A stretch of 64,000 bases of DNA, taken from Lingula anatina. Its lineage: Eukaryota > Animalia > Brachiopoda. How positions within the stretch are numbered: the first letter of the stretch is position 1; each line of letters starts with the position of its first letter. The position numbers and the translations under genes were made by a program. Below, piece after piece: positions 52,037 through 64,000 of the stretch. A model generated the notes under the pieces. That model saw only the letters and a program-made list of their open reading frames with translations, was not told the origin of the DNA and ran no database searches. The stretch lies in the NCBI GenBank assembly GCA_051362555.1, contig CM120640.1:26930003-26994002 (forward strand). Direction: 5' to 3'.

Positions 52037-52971
52037 AGTGAAAATTGCCTTTATTACAAAATGGAACATTTTAGCTGGCGTGAAAATCTGAACATTGTAA
52101 TGGGTATAGTCTTCATAGTATTTAATCTTCACATTTTGTTTTAAACAGAAATGTATACATGTAATACAAAGTTATTTAAGTGATGGGATGTATACCTCCT
52201 TTAAAGTGCATTTTTACTTGAAATAAAAATGCATGGAATGGGTGTGAGCCCAAGGAAAACGCCTCCTGGAAGTGTTTCTTTAATAGCAATATTAAATGGG
52301 GGAAATTCCATTTAGTACTAAAATTGGTGATAGCTGGAAAATATAATTTGGTACAAATACATACGGTAGATATGCGCACAAAAGATTGGATAGCAATGCA
52401 CAATTGTCAATATCGCACGATAATGCGACACACTACAATATTCTATATCTAATCATAGAAGCTTTTTTTCTACTTTTATGATCTATTAATTTGAAGCTGT
52501 CTTGTCAGAGCAATGTGACCCTTTACATGTTTACTGACGATGTCACACCTGTACTCTTCTTTAAATGGAGTCAGGAATGTGTTGCGGTGAAAACACGGTG
52601 AAAGGGCCTGTGTGCTTAGTAAAGAAATCGAGAAGTTTTGACAGTTGATATAAGGGGTAAGAACCATTGCAGCTACTAAAATCAGTACCAATGAAGAATC
52701 AAATACGCACTTATTTTTTTAACAGCCTAGACACGGCGATAAATGACAATACATCCATATTATGACATACAATATGTTATCCGTACAGGTTTGAAACAGT
52801 CAGAATCAGTCTTTTTAATTTTGTCTGTATCAAATAAAGAAACAGAAATCCGGGTGTATTTAGATATAATTTTGAACTATTTTCTTGGAAAGGCAGCGTC
52901 TACATGGTGTACTGGCAGGTACTATGTACCCCTCCCCCCCCTCTCCCTCACGTAGTGTCGCACACCATTAA

Positions 52972-53222
52972 GACTGGGTTCCCATGCCTATATAGGTCGA
53001 TCTATCTGGATCGATATAACTCCCTGGGGAGTCTCACTAAATTGCTATCAACTAACCGGCTTAAATGTCTGTCATGCCTACCGAATCAGCCAGGTGGTAA
53101 AGATAATTACCCCTTAACAGCTTTATTAGGCGTGACAGACATTTAAGCTGATCAAGTTGACAGCAATTTAGTGAGACTCCCCAGGGAGATAGCTGGATCC
53201 AAATATCTGTTGGAATAGTCCC
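52972..53222. mobile_element. PIF/Harbinger-like foldback MITE (family of 18619-18832)
   Basis: TAA on both flanks; termini GACTGGGTTCCCA / TGGAATAGTCCC; ~60-bp internal inverted repeat 53020-53080 versus 53127-53188. Confidence 0.75.
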
Positions 53223-53355
53223 TAAGATTATTAGTTTTGATTTTAATGTAATCAGTATTCGCACACTGTTATAAGATATAAAATCAGTGTGCATTAAAAA
53301 TTAAGGAAAAAACTTTGACAGAAGTTTATTTTCAGATTAACATTCAATTAAGGAA

Positions 53356-55080
53356 ATGGCAACTCCCCTAGATGAACTAGATGTGAACAGTTGCTTTGAT
53401 GATATTGCTTTAGCAGAAAATAAGTAAGTTCACCTGACAGGGGCGGATCCAGACATATTTTCTGACAGTCTTCCAAATTATTTTTGTTGATCCATCCTCC
53501 ATTTTTGACCGTCTTCCGACAGAAAAAATCAGATACCCGTCAATGTAAACTTGAAAATCTGACCTTCTTCTGGAAGACCAGAAGACAGCCTAAATCTGCT
53601 CCTGCCACCATGACTTCTGATCAGAAAATAATTTTGAGTGATATTTCCATAGTGGCCTAAGTTGTTCTTTTCAGAATACGGATCAATGGCTTTTAACAAT
53701 TGATTTGTGGATGAATGGATTGATGCCTATCATGTTGTTGTTTTTTCTTTAAACAAGGCCTTTCTCTTCTAAATCATAGTCATCATTATATCAGTTTTTT
53801 TTTTTAAATTGAGGTTTCAATCAGAAGGATTTACAGAGGGATTACAAACAGGCAGGACACAAGGGTACAATGAAGGCTATATGTTAGGCAAGGAGAAGGG
53901 TGCAGATATGGCAACTGAGGTGAGAATTAAAAAAGGTTGAATATTCAAACTTGCAGCATTTTTTTTTTTTTTTGGTGATATTTAAAGTCAATTTAAATTT
54001 GATGGTATAATTTTGAAGAAAGCATATATAATCCACCTGAACTTATCTGTTCATCATCTGGCATAGAGTCTTGAGGAATTTTTATTAGCATGAAATGGCT
54101 GGTGTGTATTATATAAAATCTATAGAATTCATAGTAATGCCAATCTTCAAAGAACTATTTTTAAACGACACCTCTAGAGATATTTTGAGTGGAATATCTT
54201 ACACTGAACGGATAATTATGATATAGTAGTGAATGAATTTGGTACCTGAAATGGTTGTCATTTATGTTGTGCATATGTGGTGCAATGTGTTGAAACAGTC
54301 CCTTAATGGTTAAACCTCATTTGTTTCACCTTGTGACAGATTGGGTTCTATGATGGATACACTGGGGTCATGAAGTCACTGATAGAGGAATCAACAAACG
54401 AGAAAACAAGGTTAGAACCTGACCTGCATACTTGTATGATACTTTGTGTCTTTTTGGACTTTATTGTATTAAATTAATCAATTAAGTTGAAGATAAATAT
54501 GTGAAAAGCACTTCTGATGGTTACGTTTCATGTTCATTCCCATGTAATGAAAACATATTGTGATATGTGTGTGATTTCTCCTTAGGTGAGATATTTCTTT
54601 GTTTTGAACATATTACAATTGAACTCAAACACTTATTGTGAATTAATATGATTCTTCTGTAATTCTAGAAAACTGAAGGCTTTAGAAAGTCTACAAGATA
54701 TGATTCAGTCGTTTCCATTGAGAGATCCCTCTTATGAAAGACTACATAGTGACCTAGAAAAAATAAGGGCCAAGTTTAAACAGGTATAATACACTATATA
54801 AGATTACAGGTATCCCAAATTTCAAGAGCTTTTAGAAAAAAGACACATCTCATTATAAATTTTTTATATAGTGCGCAAACATGCAATGAAAATAAACACT
54901 ATAAAATTTTATGTTTACATGAAATTTATTATCTGCAATAGCTAGTTCCAGCATCATGATGATTTATTATCACAAGATCATATCTTTAATTATTAAATTT
55001 GTAATCCATTCTAGGTCTGTTCCCTTCTGAATGTTAAGCCACAGTTTCAAAACTCATCTGTGAAAGGAATATCTTTTTGA
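53356..55080 (+). CDS. LTO1: LTO1/ORAOV1, ABCE1 Fe-S maturation factor (Yae1_N deca-GX3 family), 141 aa
   Basis: Not in ORF track. Exons 53356-53423, 53814-53919, 54340-54410, 54669-54783, 55015-55080; total 426 nt. Translation includes FDDIALAENKFQSEGFTEGLQTGRTQGYNEGYMLGKEKGADMATEIGFYDG and ends DPSYERLHSDLEKIRAKFKQVCSLLNVKPQFQNSSVKGISF, matching the vertebrate LTO1 pattern. Confidence 0.92.
53438..53604. mobile_element. MITE in LTO1 intron
   Basis: CAGGGGCGGATCCAG / CTAAATCTGCTCCTG imperfect TIRs; repeated internal motif TGAC(C/A)GTCTTCC. Confidence 0.65.
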
Positions 55081-56114
55081 TGAGGATACTCCACATGCAG
55101 TTGAGAATTTCTTTTATAAAAGGGATGATAGCAAACAGGTATATTCTAACATAAAAATACATTAAAATATGAACATTTAAAAAATTAAACTTTAAAAAGT
55201 TAAAATATGTAGAATTTTTTTCAATGGTGAAATTAATATGACTGGTTTAAGCATAACGAGCAGCAATCTGACATTAAATTAAACCCTTAAACAATGCAGA
55301 TAGAGTTATCCAACTCTTTTTTATTTCAGGTTGCCAGGACTGGCACAGCTGAAGGTGAAACCAAGCTCTGGCAGACATGCAAAATTTGGTTGTTCATACA
55401 TTGCATGCCAGTGTTTATAAATAACAGCTTTTATTACATTGAGACTTGAAGTATAGATCTGAAAACAACATCAACCAACAATACAATAAGAGCACGTCTT
55501 AATTGTTTACTAGGACAATAAACTACCTGCACGTATTCACAACATCTGTCAATAACGTTTTACAGGAAATTGGTAAATCATTACGTATACAGTGAAAAGG
55601 AATCTGCTGGAATTGTCTACCAGAGAAATCCAAGCATTTCATTGATTTATCTTTCAATTTCCCTCATCTGAATTAAGTAATGCCATGAATAATAATGTAG
55701 CAAACTTTAAGCTTTTAGAAGTTGTTAGACCTTAAATGTGTGTCACAATGACTGTTTGTTGATTTTGAAACATCACATTATATTACCTGACAAAAAATTC
55801 CTCCCACCAAAACCACTCTTTGTACTATTTTCAATTTTCCTGTGAGGACATCCCTGAATTGATTGATGTTCTGCCTGTAGGCTTTAAATGAAGAAAGGAG
55901 AAGGGATGGGGTGGGGTGGGGTGGGGTGGGGCAGGCAGAGTGCACATCGGCAGCATTCCATCAAAGTGGGTTTGAGTTTTCAAGACAAGAAACATCTTCA
56001 AGAACATCTTTGGATCGAGTAAAAAAATTATATATATATATATATATATAAGACAAGGATGCTTAATTTAAATTATTTATTCTTATTACATCACTTAAGA
56101 GTGATGCACTTTTT

Positions 56115-56590
56115 ATGTACAGACACAGATGTGTCGGTACATATAGCCATCACCTGCGTCTGTCGTCGCCGTCACCGTGCACTTTTACCAATTACACGAT
56201 AAGTGGAAAAACGTTTTTTTCTTTTGTCTTGAAACTTACAGAACTGATGAATATTCATAATATGCAGGTCAAGTTCGAAAATCAGCATGATCGGGTCATT
56301 TTTAGGGAAGTTATGCTGTTTTTTCACTTTTTTCAGCATTTATGCAACACCAATAACACTAAGTGAAAAACCATTTTACCTTTTAGCTTGAAACTTACAG
56401 AACTGATGAATATTCATATTACGCAGGTCAAGTTCGAAAATCAGCATGATCGGGCCATTTATATGGAAGTTATGCTGTTTTTTTTCTTTTTATTTAGCAT
56501 TTATGCAACACCGATAACACGATAAGTGAAAAACCGTTTTTCGTTTTGGCTTCAAACTTACAGAACTGATGAATATTAATAATACGCAGG
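56115..56590 (+). mobile_element. Partial HINE-like element, diverged subfamily
   Basis: After a T-run: ATGTACAGACACAGATGTGTCGGTACAT hairpin, short GTCGCC tract, about three ~160-bp core repeats (AAACTTACAGAACTGATGAATATT..GCAGGTCAAGTTCGAAAATCAGCATGATCGGG). No matching 3' end seen. Confidence 0.75.
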
Positions 56591-57643
56591 TAGCTTTGTA
56601 GTTGGAAATTGAATTTTTTTTCTTATTTATGTATTGGGTAAAAAACAGTAGGGAGAGTTTTTCAGTCTGGCAAAGGACTATTCAATATGGGTTTACATGT
56701 AATTTCTTTTTCGAGGTTCATCAAGAAGGATATAAAACATTGCAATTAGCATGGCATTATAAATTTATTACCTTCATTGCACCATGAAAACAAAAGCTTT
56801 TTACAACTTTTTGTAAACTTTGCAAACATTCAGGTCTAAAATAATGAAAAAGTTATGCATATGAATCATAATCATTGGGTCACACTAGTATGAATTTTTG
56901 TTTGATCAGTTTTTTTTTCTAATTTTTAAACAAAAAGGTGATAAATTGGCAAACAATTTATCTTACAATCTGTGTCATCATTTTTCAAATATTGTGATTT
57001 TCATTATGTGAATTTGAACTCTGGTCCTGAAACTGTAATTTTATTGCAGTGGTGAATTGAGACCATCTTCTGGGCCTTCTACCCAGTGTGTCAGGGCACG
57101 GTAAAAGCTAGCTTGTTAAATATTAATATATACCTTGTGATGGGTTGCTTTTATGAGCCCTGAGGAACAGTGGCCGTGTTAGATTTTCTCCAATCAAATA
57201 TAACTGCTCCCAGTACATGAATCTGCAGTTGAATGTCATCAGACCAAAATGAAATGTAAAACAGATTTAATTCTGCTTTATTTAATTCTATTTACTGTAT
57301 TTAAGATATGTAATGTGAAAAATAAATAATGTTTCTAAAAGAAAAAACGTATATCCAATGTTTTTGTATTTTTTGATTATCAAAGAACATTTGCTCCTGA
57401 AGATAGAAATACAATACACGTGCTTGCCGTGTGCCAAGATTGACAGCTACACAGTATGCCCGATACCACTATAAGGGCTGCGCAATGGCTAGGCCAAAAT
57501 CGGTATTTAAAGCAGAATGTTGCTTGTGTTGTGGTACTGACCTTCGACTGCAAGATATTCTTAGTTTAAACTTCCAAATCTGCGTCACCCACTTTGCTTC
57601 TTGTCTCGTCTGCACCAGGTAACATCAGTGCAAGGCGGGAAAG

Positions 57644-57752
57644 GCAGCTCCAGGTGGTCAAAGCTGTGATGTACGAGACTTACGACTTCCAAATATGGAG
57701 CTCCAGGGGGACAAAGCTGTGACAGACGAGACCTGTGACTTCCAAATATGGA
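57644..57752. repeat. Two tandem copies of a ~54-bp unit
   Basis: AGCTCCAGG.GG.CAAAGCTGTGA...ACGAGAC...GACTTCCAAATATGG occurs twice. Confidence 0.8.
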
Positions 57753-57913
57753 AGTGTCCCAGGCAAAATTTTGAAGAACAACGCCCACAAATTGACGCCA
57801 GTGGGTAGAATTTCGTATTGCTGATATGGGTTATATATAAAATCAAGATCAAGCTGGCAATATGGGAATCTAGAACCTAGGGTAGGGCCTTCTGGAAGAC
57901 GGTCAGATTTTAA

Positions 57914-60770
57914 TGTTCGGGTGGGGTCACTCATCATTTTCTTTGTCCTGTAAAAAGAAATATAAAAACAAGATTAGATTTTTTTCAATTTACCCATCCC
58001 ACCACCCCAAAAAAATAAAATTTACTAACCTAAGCTTGGATCCAAAAGTGAAGTCCATGACTGGGTGGGGTCGCTCATCATCTTCTTTGACTGTAAAAAG
58101 AAATGAAAAACAAGATTAGATTTTTTCAATTAACCCATCCAACCAGCCCCAAAAAATGAAATTCACTTACCTTAGCTTGAATCCAAGAGTGAAGTCCATG
58201 TTTGGGTGGGGTCGCTCATCATCTTCTTTGACTATGAAAAAAAATTTAAAAAAAGATTAGATTTTTTCAATTTACCCATCCCACCACTGTAAAAAAACAA
58301 AATTTACTAACCTTGGCTTGAATCCAAGAGGGAAGTCCATGTCTGGGCAGGGTTGTTCATCATCTTCTTTGTCCTGTAAAAAGAAATGAAAAACAAGATT
58401 AGATTTTTTCAATTTACCCATCCCACCACCCCCAAAAAATAAAATTTACTAACCTTAGCTTGGATCAAGGATGAAGTCCATGTCCAGGTGGGGTTGCTCA
58501 TCATCTTCTTTGTCCTGTGAAAAGAAATGAAAAACAAGACTAGATTTTTTAAATTTACACATTCCACCACCACCCCCAAAAAATAAAATTTACTAACCTT
58601 GGCTTGAATCCAAGAGGGAATTCCATGTCTGGGTGGGGTTGCTCATCATCTTCTTTGTCCTGTAATAAGAAATGAAAAACAAGATTAGATTTTTTTCAAT
58701 TAACCCATCCCAACCGCCCCCAAAAAATAAAATTTACTAACCTAAGCTTGGATCCAAAAGTGAAGTCCATGACTGGGTGGGGTCGCTCATCATCTTCTTT
58801 GACTGTAAAAAGAAATGAAAAACAAGATTAGATTTTTTCAATTAACCCATCCAACCAGCCCCAAAAAATGAAATTCACTTACCTTAGCTTGAATCCAAGT
58901 GTGAAGTCCATGTTTGGGTGGGGTCACTCATCATCTTCTTTGACTATGAAAAAAAAAGAAAAAAAAGATGAGATTTTTTCAATTTACCCATCCCACCACC
59001 GTAAAAAAACAAAATTTACTAACCTTGGCTTGAATCCAAGAGGGAAGTCCATGTCTGGGCAGGGTTGTTCATCATCTTCTTTGTCCTGTAAAAAGAAATG
59101 AAAAACAAGATTAGATTTTTTCAATTTACCCATCCCACCACCCCCCAAAAATAAAATTTACTAACCTTAGCTTGGATCAAGGATGAAGTCCATGTCCAGG
59201 TGGGGTTGCTCATCATCTTCTTTGTCCTGTGAAAAGAAATGAAAAACAAGACTAGATTTTTTAAATTTACACATTCCACCACCACCCCCAAAAAATAAAA
59301 TTTACTAACCTTGGCTTGAATCCAAGAGGGAAGTCCATGTCTGGGTGGGGTTGCTCATCATCTTCTTTGACTGTAAAAAGAAATGAAAAACAAGATTAGA
59401 TTTTTTCAATTTACCCATCCCACCACCCCCCAAAAATAAAATTTACTAACCTTAGCTTGGATCAAGAATGAAGTCCATGTCCCGGTAGGGTGGCTCTTTA
59501 TCTTCTTTGACTGTAAAAAGAAATGAGAAACAAGATAAGATTAACCCATTCCACTCCCCCCCCCCCAAAAAAATAAATAAATAAAATTTACTAACCTTGG
59601 CTTGAATCCAAGAGTGAAGTCCATGTCCGGGTGGGGTCGCTCATCATCTTCTTTGTCCTGTAAAAAGAAATGAAAAACAAGATTAAAATTTTTCAATTTA
59701 CCCATCCCACCACCCCCAAAATATAAAATTTACTAACCTTAGCTTGGATCAAGGATGAGGTCCATGTCTGGGTGGGGTCACTCATCATCTTCTTTGTCCT
59801 GTAAAAAGAAATGAAAAACAAGATTAGATTTTTTCAATTTACCCATCCCACCACCCCCAAAATATAAAATTTACTAACCTTAGCTTGGATCAAGGATGAA
59901 GTCCATGTCTGGGTGGGGTTGCTCATCATCTTCTTTGACTGTAAAAATAAATGAAAAACAAGATTAGATTTTTTTTCAATTAACCCATTCCACCCCCCCC
60001 CCCCAAAAAAAAAAATAAAATTGACTAACCTTGGCTTGAATCCAAGAGGGAAGTCCATGTCTGGGGGGGGGGGGGGGGGTCGCTCATCATCTTCTTTGTC
60101 CTGTAAAAAGAAATGAAAAACAAGATAAGATTTTTTCAATTAACCCATTCCACCACCACCCACCAAAAAAAATTTACTAACCTTGGCTTGAATTCAAGAG
60201 TGAAGTCCATGTCTGTGTGGGGTCGTTCATCATCTTCTTTGGCCTGTAAAAAGAAATGAAAAACAAGATTAGATTGTTTCAATTAACCCATTCCCCACCC
60301 CCCCACCCCAAAAAAAAAAATAATAATAAAATTTACTAACCTTGGCTTGAATTCAAGAGGGAAGTCCATGTGTGGGTGGGGTCGTTCATCATCTTCTTTG
60401 TCCTGTAATAAGAAATAAAAAACAAGATTAGATTTTTTCAATTAACCCATTCCACTAACTCCCCAAAAAATAAAAACTACTAACCTTATGTTGGATCCAA
60501 GAGAGAAATCCATGTCTGGGTGGTGTCTCTCATCATGTTCTTTGTCCTGTAAAAAGAAATGAAAAACAAGATTAGATTTTTTTCGATTAACCCTTTCCAC
60601 CCCCACCCCCAACCCCCAAAAAATAAATAAATAAAAAGTACTAACCTTAAGTTGGATCCAAGAGAAAAATCCATGTTCGGGGGGGAGGGGGGGGGGTCGC
60701 TCATCATCTTCTTTGTCCTGTAAAAAGAAATGAAAAACAAGATAAGATTTTTTCAATTAACCCATTCCAA

Positions 60771-60802
<32 letters not shown>

Positions 60803-63800
60803 ATAAATAAATAAAATTTACTAACCTTGGCTTGAATCCAAGAGGGAAATCCATGTCCGGGTGGGGTCGCTTATTATCTTCTTTGCCCTGTAAAAAGAAA
60901 TGAAAAACAAGATTAGATTTTTTCAATTTACCCATCCCACGAAACCCAAAAAATAAAATTAACTAACCTTAGCTTGGATCAAGAATGAAGGCCATGTCCG
61001 GGTGGGGTGGCTCTTCATCTTCTTTGACTGTAAAAAGCTTGGCTTACCTTACTAACCTTGGCTTGAATCCAAGAGTGAAGTCCATGTCTGGGTGGGGTCG
61101 TTCATCATCTTCTTTGTCCTGTAGAAAGAAATGAAAAACAAGATAAGATTTTATCAATTTACCCATCCCACCACCCCAAAAAAATGAAATATACTAACCT
61201 TAGCTTGGGTCCAGGAATGAAGTCCATGTCCGGGTGAGGTCCCTCTTCATCTTTTTTGACTGCAAAAAGAAATGAAAAACAAGATTAGATTTTTTGAATT
61301 AACCCATTCCACTAACCCCCCAAAAAATAAAAACTACTAACCTTAGGTTGGATCCAAGAGAAAAATCCATGTCCGGGTGGGGTCACTCATCATCTTCTTT
61401 GTCCTGTAAAAAGAAATGAAAAACACAATTAGATTTTTTCAATTAAACCATTCCACACCCCCCCCCCCCCCCAAAAAAAAGTAAAATTTACTAACCTTAG
61501 CTTGGATCCAAGAGTAAAGTCCATGTCTGGGGGGGGGGGGGGGGTCGCTCATCATCTTCTTTGTCCTGTAAAAGAAATGAAAAAAAGATTAGATTTTTTC
61601 AATTTACCCATCCCACCACCCCAAAAATATAAAATTTACTAACCTAAGCTTGGATCCAAGAGTGAAGTCCATGTCTTGGTGGGATCGCTCATCATCTTCT
61701 TTGTCCTGTAAAAAGAAATTAAAAACAAGATTAAATTTTATCAATTTACCCATCCCACCACCCCAAAAAAAACAAAATGTACTTACCTTAGTTTGGGTCC
61801 ACAAATGAAGTCCATGTCCGGTTGGGGTTGCTCTTCATCTTCTTTGACTGCAAAAAGAAAATGAAAAAAAGATTAGATTTTTTAGATTAACCCATTCCAC
61901 TAACCCCCAAAAAAATAAAAACTACTAACTTTAGGTTGGATCCAAGAGTAAAGACTAAGACCGGGTGGGGTCCCTCATCATGTTCTTTGTCCTGTAAAAA
62001 GAAATGAAAAACAAGATTAGATTTTATCAATTTACCCATCCCACCACCCAAAAAAAAATGAAATATACTAACCTTAGCTTGGGTCCAGGATTGAAGTCCA
62101 TGTCCAGTTGGGGTCGCTCTTTATCTTCTTTGACTGCAAAAAGAAATGAAAAACAAGATTACATTTTTTTCAATTAACCCTTTCCACCCCCCCCCCCCCC
62201 CCCCAAAAAAAAAATAAATAAATAAAATTTACTAACCTTGGCTTGGATCCAAGAGTGAAGTCCATGTCTGGGTGGGGTCGCTCATCATCTTCTTTGACTA
62301 TGAAAAAAAATTTAAAAAAAGATTAGATTTTTTCAATTTACCCATCCCACCACTGTAAAAAAACAAAATTTACTAACCTTGGCTTGAATCCAAGAGGGAA
62401 GTCCATGTCTGGGCAGGGTTGTTCATCATCTTCTTTGTCCTGTAAAAAGAAATGAAAAACAAGATTAGATTTTTTCAATTTACCCATCCCACCACCCCCC
62501 AAAAAATAAAATTTACTAACCTTAGCTTGGATCAAGGATGAAGTCCATGTCCAGGTGGGGTTGCTCATCATCTTCTTTGTCCTGTGAAAAGAAATGAAAA
62601 ACAAGACTAGATTTTTTAAATTTACACATTCCACCACCACCCCCAAAAAATAAAATTTACTAACCTTGGCTTGAATCCAAGAGGGAATTCCATGTCTGGG
62701 TGGGGTTGCTCATCATCTTCTTTGTCCTGTAATAAGAAATGAAAAACAAGATTAGATTTTTTTCAATTAACCCATCCCAACCGCCCCCAAAAAATAAAAT
62801 TTACTAACCTAAGCTTGGATCCAAAAGTGAAGTCCATGACTGGGTGGGGTCGCTCATCATCTTCTTTGACTGTAAAAAGAAATGAAAAACAAGATTAGAT
62901 TTTTTCAATTAACCCATCCAACCAGCCCCAAAAAATGAAATTCACTTACCTTAGCTTGAATCCAAGTGTGAAGTCCATGTTTGGGTGGGGTCACTCATCA
63001 TCTTCTTTGACTATGAAAAAAAAAGAAAAAAAAGATGAGATTTTTTCAATTTACCCATCCCACCACCGTAAAAAAACAAAATTTACTAACCTTGGCTTGA
63101 ATCCAAGAGGGAAGTCCATGTCTGGGCAGGGTTGTTCATCATCTTCTTTGTCCTGTAAAAAGAAATGAAAAACAAGATTAGATTTTTTCAATTTACCCAT
63201 CCCACCACCCCCCAAAAATAAAATTTACTAACCTTAGCTTGGATCAAGGATGAAGTCCATGTCCAGGTGGGGTTGCTCATCATCTTCTTTGTCCTGTGAA
63301 AAGAAATGAAAAACAAGACTAGATTTTTTAAATTTACACATTCCACCACCACCCCCAAAAAATAAAATTTACTAACCTTGGCTTGAATCCAAGAGGGAAG
63401 TCCATGTCTGGGTGGGGTTGCTCATCATCTTCTTTGACTGTAAAAAGAAATGAAAAACAAGATTAGATTTTTTCAATTTACCCATCCCACCACCCCCCAA
63501 AAATAAAATTTACTAACCTTAGCTTGGATCAAGAATGAAGTCCATGTCCCGGTAGGGTGGCTCTTCATCTTCTTTGACTGTAAAAAGAAATGAGAAACAA
63601 GATAAGATTAACCCATTCCACTCCCCCCCCCAAAAAAAATAAATAAATAAAATTTACTAACCTTGGCTTGAATCCAAGAGTGAAGTCCATGTCCGGGTGG
63701 GGTCGCTCATCATCTTCTTTGTCCTGTAAAAAGAAATGAAAAACAAGATTAAAATTTTTCAATTTACCCATCCCACCACCCCCAAAATATAAAATTTACT

Positions 63801-64000
63801 AACCTTAGCTTGGATCAAGGATGAGGTCCATGTCTGGGTGGGGTCACTCATCATCTTCTTTGTCCTGTAAAAAGAAATGAAAAACAAGATTAGATTTTTT
63901 CAATTTACCCATCCCACCACCCCCAAAATATAAAATTTACTAACCTTAGCTTGGATCAAGGATGAAGTCCATGTCTGGGTGGGGTTGCTCATCATCTTCT
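57914..64000. repeat. Satellite DNA array, ~141-145-bp monomer, about 42 copies, runs off the window end
   Basis: TCATCATCTTCTTTG recurs at 58075, 58216, 58357, 58498, 58643, 58787 and onward. Each monomer carries A-tracts, a variable C-tract and CTTG(G/A)ATCCAAG. Confidence 0.97.

Noticed and set aside
55078-55083. TGA at the LTO1 end as possible selenocysteine or read-through
   Set aside because: Tandem TGATGA, the protein already ends where homologues end, and no SECIS-like element was seen.
57913-63771. Satellite ORFs and CRISPR-like periodicity
   Set aside because: Whole monomers repeat with no unique spacers and no cas genes, in a eukaryotic context; ORFs are frameshifted by homopolymer variation.

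Overview
AT-rich, intron-rich animal genomic DNA, most likely a lophotrochozoan such as a mollusc (inferred from gene content and Helentron-type repeats; not certain). I assembled six spliced protein-coding genes by hand from splice junctions with consistent phases: GAS2-like (minus, CH+GAR domains), a WS/DGAT-family acyltransferase whose whole catalytic part lies in one 1.7-kb exon (plus), an uncharacterised ~738-aa ARM-like protein with a probable GC-AG intron (plus), a cytosolic sulfotransferase (minus), nardilysin (plus, ~30 exons) and LTO1/ORAOV1 (plus, absent from the ORF track). Non-coding structure includes two full-length composite Helentron-associated (HINE-like) elements plus one partial copy, several MITEs and foldback elements, and a ~142-bp satellite filling the last 6 kb, with a 5-mer higher-order repeat and a ~4.07-kb internal duplication. 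The best leads are the architecture of the WS/DGAT gene, a possible uORF/NMD feedback design around LTO1, the dual-frame C-terminus of the ARM-like gene, and the satellite's junction with a transposon motif. I found nothing I can establish as a new system from sequence alone.
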